Source: Vulcanimicrobiaceae bacterium
GTDB lineage: Bacteria > Vulcanimicrobiota > Vulcanimicrobiia > Vulcanimicrobiales > Vulcanimicrobiaceae
Assembly: GCA_050733775.1 (NCBI GenBank)
Contig: JBOHTT010000242.1
Coordinates: 1 to 44,512 of the forward strand
DNA: 44,512 nucleotides
Direction: 5' to 3'
Part shown: positions 1 to 5,878 of the stretch, in pieces
Layout of the letters: every line of letters starts with the position of its first letter
Position numbering within the stretch: the first letter of the stretch is position 1
Position numbers and translations under genes: made by a program
The notes under the pieces: model-generated
The model's input: only the letters and a program-made list of their open reading frames with translations
Database searches by the model: none
Told to the model about the DNA's origin: nothing

Positions 1-1
1 A

Positions 2-1294
2 TCCAGCTACAATCTCGACTGGACGCACGGCTGGCGCGGCGGCCAGCTCACGATCGACGCGTACCGGCAAAATCAAAGCGGCCAGACAATCAACGGTTAT
101 ATCAATGCTCTTGGCGAGCCGCCGGGATACTTGCCCGGCGGCTACCTTTATGAGTTGCAGATCGCATGGTCGCAAGCGTCCGTGTGCGGCGCCGCGTCGT
201 TTTTGCCGGTCGGCTTTTACGTCAACCAGCCGATCAGCGGCACGACGCGGCTCTATCAAGGCATCGATGCCAGCGCGCGCATTCAGCTCGGCCCGAACGT
301 CGTGCTGCTCCCGACGTATGCGCTCAACGTCGCGACGCTCGTCGCCGCCGATGCGCGCTTTGCCGTTCCCGGCTCCGTCCTGATCGTCGGCTCGCAGCTT
401 CCCGGCCATCCCATTCATCGCGCAGCGCTGACGGCCGACGTTCTGGTGCCGAAAACGCGCCTCGAGCTTCTGCTGTCGGGCCAATACACCGGCTCGAACA
501 ACAACCGCGAGCTCGCGCCGTTTACGACGGTTGCCGCCGGTCTTTCGCATCCGCTCGGCCCCGGTCACCTTACGCTGTTCGCGACGAATCTGTTCAATAC
601 GGAAGCCGGCACGTTTTCGACGCTGCAATTCGCGCAGCCGATTCCGCTCGCGGGCGGCGGCGTTACGTCATTTGCGGCGTATCCGTTGCCGCCGCGCACG
701 TATAACATCAGCTACACGTTTGCGCTCGGCAAAGGGGCGACGGCGAGCTCGACGCTCGAAGAGCAAGCGCAGGAAGCTTCGCGCGCCAACGTCGCACCGT
801 CCGAACCCGGCGGACCCGGCTCCGGCACCGGCATGGGTGGACCCGGCGGTCCAGGGTCAGGGACCGGCGGCGGGCGCTTCCGCAACGTGCTGCCGCAAGG
901 CGGCGATCCGTTCGCGCTCGCGCGCAATGCAAACTGCACCGAGCAAGCGCAAGACACCGCGCGGCCGGTGCTGCAGATGATGCGCGATTACGTGAAGGCG
1001 TACGAAGCGCGCCAGCCGCTTCCGCAGACGCCGAATTTCACCGTGACCGCACATCCGGGTTCCACGCCGCCGTACTGGCTCGACTTCGAGCCAACCGATC
1101 TGCAATCGAGTCCGCTCGCGGGCCGCGTGCGTTACATCTTCGCGTGCGCGTACGTTGCGATCTTGACGCCGCAGCAAGCGCAAGACCACGGCATTACGAC
1201 GGACAAAGGCGTGTTCTTCGGCTACGCACCGGGAGTCGGCATCTTCCGCGTGTTACCGCGCGAGCTGCCCTCCGGCGGCGGCCAGGTGCGCTAA
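2..1294 (+). CDS. TonB-dependent-receptor-like outer-membrane beta-barrel, C-terminal portion (5' end outside window), with a ~185-aa non-barrel C-terminal extension
   Basis: The frame is open from base 2 (SSYNLDWTHGWRGGQLTIDAYRQN...). It shows the alternating amphipathic beta-strand pattern typical of TBDT barrels, ending PRTYNISYTFALGKG near base 732. A Gly/Pro-rich tract (GPGSGTGMGGPGGPGSGTGGG) and ~150 more residues follow. The 131 ATG in the ORF track is internal. Confidence 0.55.
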   Translation, partial: SSYNLDWTHGWRGGQLTIDAYRQNQSGQTINGYINALGEPPGYLPGGYLYELQIAWSQASVCGAASFLPVGFYVNQPISGTTRLYQGIDASARIQLGPNVVLLPTYALNVATLVAADARFAVPGSVLIVGSQLPGHPIHRAALTADVLVPKTRLELLLSGQYTGSNNNRELAPFTTVAAGLSHPLGPGHLTLFATNLFNTEAGTFSTLQFAQPIPLAGGGVTSFAAYPLPPRTYNISYTFALGKGATASSTLEEQAQEASRANVAPSEPGGPGSGTGMGGPGGPGSGTGGGRFRNVLPQGGDPFALARNANCTEQAQDTARPVLQMMRDYVKAYEARQPLPQTPNFTVTAHPGSTPPYWLDFEPTDLQSSPLAGRVRYIFACAYVAILTPQQAQDHGITTDKGVFFGYAPGVGIFRVLPRELPSGGGQVR

Positions 1295-1383
1295 GAGATT
1301 ACCTGGCGCACGTCCGATAGTCTCATGGCCTCAATACGGCGCAAAGGGCCGCCGCTGGGCACGATTTCGGCATTGTCATGGTG

Positions 1384-1403
1384 AGCGGGAGTGCTCCCGC
1401 TTT
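1384..1403 (+). terminator. Possible weak intrinsic terminator for the barrel gene
   Basis: GC hairpin gcggga-gtgc-tcccgc followed by ttt, about 90 nt after the stop at 1294. The T-tract is short and it merges into the adjacent repeat unit. Confidence 0.3.
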
Positions 1404-1437
1404 GTCATCCCGAGCGTAGCGTGCCGCAAGCACGCGT
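1401..1437 (-). repeat. REP-like palindromic repeat, copy A, left part (interrupted by the IS)
   Basis: tttgtcatcccgagcgtagcg plus hairpin gcgtgc-cgcaa-gcacgc. The first 21 nt are the exact reverse complement of 2755-2775. Confidence 0.8.
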
Positions 1438-1443
1438 TGAGCC

Positions 1444-2319
1444 TCACCCGGAATCTAGGCCGCCGAGCGCAGGGGAAAATCGGCTCGTAGATTGACTTCG
1501 AGCTGCGTCTGCAAACTCTTTCGGTGTTTTGTTAGCCAGCATTGAGTGCGGTCGGAAGATATTGTACTCTTGGCGCCAAATCCGCGCAGCTCGACGAACG
1601 TCTTCGATGGTTTCGAAGTAGGATGGATTCAAAAGTTCCCGGCGGACACCGCCGTTAAACGATTCGATGAAAGCATTATCGGTCGGCTTTCCCGGGCGAG
1701 AAAAATCTAAAGTCACCTTGTTCCAGAATGCCCATTGATCCATGGGCTGAGCAACGAATTCGGCGCCATTATCGCACCGCAGCATTTTCGGAGCGGCTCG
1801 CTCTCTTGAAACACGCTGAAGCACTTTGACGACGTCGTTGGAACAGAAACGAGGAGCGACCTCGAGAGCAACGCATTCGCGCGAATAAACATCCAGAACC
1901 GTCAAGAGCCGGTAGGAGCGGCCGTCGGATAGTCGATCGTGCATGAAGTCCATCGCCCAAAGCTCGTCGACCATTTGAGGAACGAACCGCTCCGATCGCG
2001 GAGTTGCTGCTCGCCGGCGATGTGGCATTTTTGCCCGTAAACTAAGGCCTTCCAAGGCGTAGAGACGGTAGACGCGTTTGTCGTTGATCGCAAACCCCTC
2101 ACGGCGCAGAAGCACGCTAATGCGGCGGTATCCATAGCGAACGCGAGCTGCGGCGATTTCCTTGATACGCTCACGCAAGATGCCGTTGAGCGGACCAGCT
2201 TTCGATTTGCAGTAGTATGTTGCGCGATTAAGCTGGATGAGATCGCACGCTCGACGTATCCCAACGCCGAAGGTGCGCACCAGAAAGCCGACACGCTCGC
2301 GCTGCTGAGCCGGCTTCAC
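1444..2319 (-). CDS. IS3-family transposase OrfB (DDE/rve integrase core)
   Basis: Contains WAMDF..., LRCDNGAEF and TDNAFIESFNG (D, D, E region of the rve domain). A GTG start overlaps the orfA stop, and the stop lies inside the terminal IR. Confidence 0.9.
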   Translation of the reverse strand: MKPAQQRERVGFLVRTFGVGIRRACDLIQLNRATYYCKSKAGPLNGILRERIKEIAAARVRYGYRRISVLLRREGFAINDKRVYRLYALEGLSLRAKMPHRRRAATPRSERFVPQMVDELWAMDFMHDRLSDGRSYRLLTVLDVYSRECVALEVAPRFCSNDVVKVLQRVSRERAAPKMLRCDNGAEFVAQPMDQWAFWNKVTLDFSRPGKPTDNAFIESFNGGVRRELLNPSYFETIEDVRRAARIWRQEYNIFRPHSMLANKTPKEFADAARSQSTSRFSPALGGLDSG

Positions 2320-2585
2320 AGTTTTTTTGCGATGATCTCCTGAAGCATCTTGCGATCGAGACTGAGATCAGCGACGATCTGCTTGAGCTTGGCGTTCTCT
2401 TCACGCAACTGCCGCAGCTCGCGAACTTCTGGCGTTCCCAAGCCTCCATAGCGCCGCCGCCAAATGTAGAACGTGTTCTCGTGGATCCCAAGCTTGCGAA
2501 CGATCTCGGCCACCGGCGTGCCGGCCTCGGCTTGCCGTAAAGCGGTCGCGATTTGATCCGGGGAGTGACGTTTTCGCACGGGCAA
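2316..2585 (-). CDS. IS3-family transposase OrfA (HTH plus leucine-zipper-like region)
   Basis: MPVRKRHSPDQIATALRQAEAGTPVAEIVRKLGIHENTFYIWRRRYG... is the typical IS3/IS911 OrfA N-terminus. A coiled-coil LRQLREENAKLKQIVADLSL follows. Confidence 0.9.
   Translation of the reverse strand: MPVRKRHSPDQIATALRQAEAGTPVAEIVRKLGIHENTFYIWRRRYGGLGTPEVRELRQLREENAKLKQIVADLSLDRKMLQEIIAKKL
2322..2328 (-). promoter_or_regulatory. Programmed -1 ribosomal frameshift site (A AAA AAA) joining orfA to orfB
   Basis: The minus strand reads gcA AAA AAA ctg tga. A -1 slip continues as ACT GTG AAG CCG, which is the orfB frame (TVKPAQQ...). Confidence 0.75.
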
Positions 2586-2660
2586 AGCCTCCGGGTTTTG
2601 GATCGGAGTTTTGCCGACCTTTCGCGAGTCTCGCCGGTCCAGAATTCCGGTTCAGGGTCA

Positions 2661-2676
2661 CGCGTAGTCGAGGGAC
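2661..2676 (-). repeat. REP-like repeat, copy A, right part (after the IS)
   Basis: cgcgtagtcgagggac is the reverse complement of 2728-2743. Joining 1401-1437 to 2666-2676 rebuilds a full unit colinear with copy B. Confidence 0.8.
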
Positions 2677-2727
2677 AGCGAGACCGTTCATAGGCAGCCG
2701 TCACCGTGGCCTACTATTATTGAGGCG

Positions 2728-2781
2728 GTCCCTCGACTACGCGCCTCTTCGAGGCGCTACGCTCGGGATGACAAACTGATC
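2728..2781 (+). repeat. REP-like palindromic repeat, copy B (complete unit)
   Basis: gtccctcgactacgc, then hairpin gcgcctc-ttc-gaggcgc, then tacgctcgggatgacaaactgatc. Confidence 0.8.
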
Positions 2782-2792
2782 AGGCGCCCTGT

Positions 2793-2813
2793 GCTCGGGA
2801 TGACAAACTGATC
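2793..2813 (+). repeat. REP-like repeat, copy C (3' half only)
   Basis: gctcgggatgacaaactgatc is identical (21/21) to 2761-2781. Confidence 0.8.
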
Positions 2814-2907
2814 GATGGCGTCGTGAACAAGCATGAAATGCCCGTGCTGTGGGGGCTCGGCCCACCTATCGCGACGCTGAGATCTCGTCAATCGGGACGT
2901 TTACCGC

Positions 2908-2958
2908 GCTCCCTCGACTACGTTTACCCTGAGGAGTCGAATGGGCTCGGGATGACAA
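2908..2958 (+). repeat. REP-like repeat, copy D (diverged full unit)
   Basis: gctccctcgactacg ... gggctcgggatgacaa, ending 2 nt before the stop codon of the CDS at 2961. Confidence 0.7.
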
Positions 2959-2960
2959 CG

Positions 2961-3746
2961 CTAGTCCGCTGAGATTATCGTGCCGACGTCTTCGCCGGCG
3001 AGGGCGCGCGTCACCATGCCGGGTTTGAGGCCGTTGACGATCTGCAGCTCGCGGCATGCGCGTGCGCGCGGCAGATACTCGATGACGACGCGCTCTAAGA
3101 TAAGATCCTGAAGATCGCGCCGCAACAGCTCGCGCGCGCCGATTCGCGGGATGAACCGCGCGGACGGATTCTTCTTGGGGTCGTCATCGTAGAGTCCGTC
3201 TTCGTCTTTGACGAAGATGGCGCGCTTCACGCCGAGCACTTCCGCGGTCAGAAAAACGCCGGCATCGGTGCGATGGCGAGGAATGCGCCCGTTCTCGGTC
3301 GGCTTTTCCCAGTAGCCGAACGGCGGCATGCCGGTCATGATGGGGATGCAGCCCATGTTGAAGTAGAGCGGCAGCTTCTCGAAATCGTCGTGCAGCATAA
3401 AAATGCCGCCGTGCTTGGCGAGCAGCATCTGCAGCATCCGCGCGTTCTGGCGCGGCACGTATCCGCCGAGCGCTGCGAGCACGCCGGTCGGCAACTCGAG
3501 ATCGGACGCCATCGCGTAGATGTGCCGCGCGCGCGTCCCGCCGCCGCAGCAAAGCAATAATTTGTGGCGATCCTTGGCCGCAACGATCTCGTCCAATATC
3601 GGGAAGAGCGCCGAACGACCGCGATCCATGATCGACTGCCCGCCGACCTTGAGGACCTTGACGTCCGGGATCATCGCGACCGCGTCATAATTCAGCCGCG
3701 GTGCGTCACCGGTGAGCGACGCTTCGCCGAGAGCGCTCGCGATCAC
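2961..3746 (-). CDS. Molybdenum storage protein (MoSto) beta-like subunit, amino-acid-kinase fold
   Basis: From memory, it matches Azotobacter MosB motifs: KVGGQSIMDRGR, GGGTRARH, IFVKDEDGLYDDDPKKNPSARFIPRI, NGLKPGMVTRALAGEDVGTIISAD. The start is uncertain. GTG 3746 lies 7 nt after the upstream stop; alternatives are ATG 3806 (overlapping) and ATG 3674. Confidence 0.7.
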   Translation of the reverse strand: MIASALGEASLTGDAPRLNYDAVAMIPDVKVLKVGGQSIMDRGRSALFPILDEIVAAKDRHKLLLCCGGGTRARHIYAMASDLELPTGVLAALGGYVPRQNARMLQMLLAKHGGIFMLHDDFEKLPLYFNMGCIPIMTGMPPFGYWEKPTENGRIPRHRTDAGVFLTAEVLGVKRAIFVKDEDGLYDDDPKKNPSARFIPRIGARELLRRDLQDLILERVVIEYLPRARACRELQIVNGLKPGMVTRALAGEDVGTIISAD

Positions 3747-3753
3747 ACGGCGG

Positions 3754-5763
3754 CTATGCACCGGCGGCCGCTGCCTCGAGCGAGAGAACGCTGGGCACGT
3801 CGCCATGCCGCAGGATCACCGTTCCGACATCTTCGCCTGCAAGCGCGCGTGTCAGCTCGCCCGGCTTCAAGCCGTTCACGATCTGAATGCGCTCGACGTG
3901 ACGCGACGTCTTCCATGCATCGAAGAGCTGACGATCGAGGATGAGCTCCTCCGGCATGTTTGCGAGCAATTCCGGCAGCGTGGTGCGCCGGATTAGCTGC
4001 GCGTCGGCGTGCTTCTTCGGATCTTTGTTGTACAGCCCGTCTTCGTCTTTTACGAAGATGATGCGCCGCATGCCGAGCACTTCCGCGTGGATGAACAATC
4101 CGAAATCGGAACCGTGCGTCGGGAGGGGGCCTTCCTCCGGCGGCGGTTCCCAAAAATGATAGGGCGGAATCGAGATGACGATCGGCAGCATGCCGCCGTC
4201 GAGATAGAGCGGCAGCTCCCAAAAGTGCTCGCGCTGCATGACGATCGAACCCTTTTGCGCGAGCAGCGCGTTGAGGAAGATCGCGTTGGCTTCCTCCATT
4301 GCGCCGATCAGCTGCGCGATGCCGCCGGTCGGCAAACCGAGATCGACCGCAATCGAGATCGTGTGACGCACGCGCGTGCCGCCGCCGACACCGACGATGA
4401 TCTTGTGCTTGCGATGCAATTCGCCGAGCTCGGCAGCGAGCGGTATCACGGCGGTACGCCCACGATCGAAGATGGATTGTCCGCCGATACCGAGGAGCGT
4501 CACATCCGGTAAGATCGCGAACTCATGCTCTGATGCGGTCTTGGCGATGACTTTGCGGTCGACGAGCGACTCCCGCATGAGCGGCGAGGCAATATGCGTT
4601 CGACCGTCGTCGGAAACGAGCTGGCTCATAACGGGGGCAGGTACGCTCGACTTACCGGAAAGACCTTGCATTGCCCGGACCAAGTGGTAGGTGACGTAGC
4701 CGGACGCGAGGCCGAAGAACGTGTGCACGGCGAATCCCGGTATTAAGATTACGTAAGCAAAGGCGGGGGCGATTGCGATGGCCGTCATCGCTAAAATCGT
4801 CGTGAAGCGTGCCGCGCCGATCACACCGCCGAGAATTGTCCATGCCAAAGGGCCCGTGCGATTCGGGTTGCGTGCCATAAACGGAACGCATATATCGCAA
4901 ACGACGCCGGGTGTGACGTGCTTGACGATCTCGAAAATTCCGAAGCGGCCGTCGCCCATCATGAACGCCGCGGTTCCCATGACCAGGCCCGTGAGCGTCG
5001 CACCAAAACGCGAGCGCGTCTTTAGCGCGGCAATGATGTAGAGCGGCGTAAGTATGACGAGCTTGTGTCCGGGCGCAAACGGAATGCTCGGCAAAATTTT
5101 CAACGCGCGAATGCCGAGCATCGAAAGCGCCATGCCGGCGATAACCGCGGCATCGTGTCCGGCGGCGCCGTGCGTTGCTGCGAGATATTCTTCCGCGCGC
5201 GCGATTTGCGAATCGATGCGGCGAACGATCGGCGACACTTCGCCGCGCGCGAGTTTTCTCGCGGACTCCCAAAAGCTTTCGTGCGGTTGCTCGTCTGCGC
5301 CGCCGCGTCCGCCACCGGTTCCGCGTCCGCCGCCCATCCCGCGACCGCCACCGCCGCCTTGCGCGACGAGCGTCAACACCGCGTCGATGCACGCGGAGAT
5401 CAGCACCGGTGCGCCGAGTTTCTGCAGTCCGGAGGCGATCGCGCGCGGATCGCCCGCTCGCGCAATTTGCGATGCGAGAATAATGGAGAGAATGCGCAGC
5501 GTCATGAACGCGCCGTCGATAGCACTTGCGACGCTCCAGCCGGTGATCGCGTACGTCACGATCAGAAAACCGGCAAAGCTCGCAAACTTCACCAGCTGGC
5601 GTAAGAATGCGCGCGGCGTGAGCCCGACCGCGAACCAGAGCGCCACCTGCACGAGCAGTACCGCAACGATCGCCGTAGGCGCGTGGACGAAGAACACGCC
5701 GACTGCGACGGCGAGAAGGTAAAGAATGCGTAAGCGGGGATCGAGATCGAACTGCCGGACCAT
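3754..5763 (-). CDS. Fusion protein: N-terminal polytopic membrane module (~aa 1-365, CbiQ/EcfT-like start) plus C-terminal MoSto alpha-like amino-acid-kinase domain (~aa 385-669)
   Basis: A single uninterrupted 669-aa ORF. The N-terminus has DPRLRILYLLAVAVGVFF and about 10 hydrophobic helices, split by GGGGGRGMGGGRGTGGGRGG. The C-terminus is a paralogue of the next gene (GIGGQSIFDRGR, GGGTRVRH, IFVKDEDGLYNKDPKK, NGLKPGELTRALAGEDVGTVI). Confidence 0.75.
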   Translation of the reverse strand: MVRQFDLDPRLRILYLLAVAVGVFFVHAPTAIVAVLLVQVALWFAVGLTPRAFLRQLVKFASFAGFLIVTYAITGWSVASAIDGAFMTLRILSIILASQIARAGDPRAIASGLQKLGAPVLISACIDAVLTLVAQGGGGGRGMGGGRGTGGGRGGADEQPHESFWESARKLARGEVSPIVRRIDSQIARAEEYLAATHGAAGHDAAVIAGMALSMLGIRALKILPSIPFAPGHKLVILTPLYIIAALKTRSRFGATLTGLVMGTAAFMMGDGRFGIFEIVKHVTPGVVCDICVPFMARNPNRTGPLAWTILGGVIGAARFTTILAMTAIAIAPAFAYVILIPGFAVHTFFGLASGYVTYHLVRAMQGLSGKSSVPAPVMSQLVSDDGRTHIASPLMRESLVDRKVIAKTASEHEFAILPDVTLLGIGGQSIFDRGRTAVIPLAAELGELHRKHKIIVGVGGGTRVRHTISIAVDLGLPTGGIAQLIGAMEEANAIFLNALLAQKGSIVMQREHFWELPLYLDGGMLPIVISIPPYHFWEPPPEEGPLPTHGSDFGLFIHAEVLGMRRIIFVKDEDGLYNKDPKKHADAQLIRRTTLPELLANMPEELILDRQLFDAWKTSRHVERIQIVNGLKPGELTRALAGEDVGTVILRHGDVPSVLSLEAAAAGA

Positions 5764-5814
5764 TCCAGCTACGTTCGGTGCCCGTTACCCCGCTCTTCTG
5801 CGCGTCGATAGGTC

Positions 5815-5864
5815 GGGACAGCGGCTGCGACGGGGGCTCGGATCCCCGGCACAGCCACTGTCTC
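5815..5864 (-). promoter_or_regulatory. Two-tier RNA stem-loop in the narG to MoSto-fusion intergenic region
   Basis: Outer arms 5817-5827 and 5852-5862 pair over 11 bp, with one G-U in the minus-strand RNA. Inner arms are cgggg (5831-5835) and ccccg (5844-5848). No U-tract follows. Confidence 0.4.
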
Positions 5865-5878
5865 CGTTTAGGCCGTCC

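Larger units (their letters stand above)
1438..2660 (-). mobile_element. IS3-family insertion sequence, apparently intact (1223 bp)
   Basis: Ends are tgagcctcacccggaatctaggccgccgag (1438->) and the reverse complement of 2660<- (tgaccctgaaccggaattctggaccggcgag). This gives a ~31-nt imperfect IR with TG...CA termini, about 24/31 matching with one gap. It is flanked by a direct cgcgt at 1433-1437 and 2661-2665 and encodes orfA and orfB with an A7 slippery site. Confidence 0.9.

Noticed and set aside
2727-2960. Possible CRISPR array, because of repeated ~21-50-nt units
   Set aside because: The units are in mixed orientation, irregularly spaced, partly truncated and palindromic with variable hairpins. 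There are no uniform repeat-spacer periodicity, leader or cas genes. REP/MITE-like elements explain them better.
2961-5878. Hidden or frameshifted narH/narJ/narI remnants downstream of narG
   Set aside because: No frame shows Cys-cluster ferredoxin motifs or a di-haem NarI-like His pattern. The region is fully accounted for by the two MoSto-like genes.
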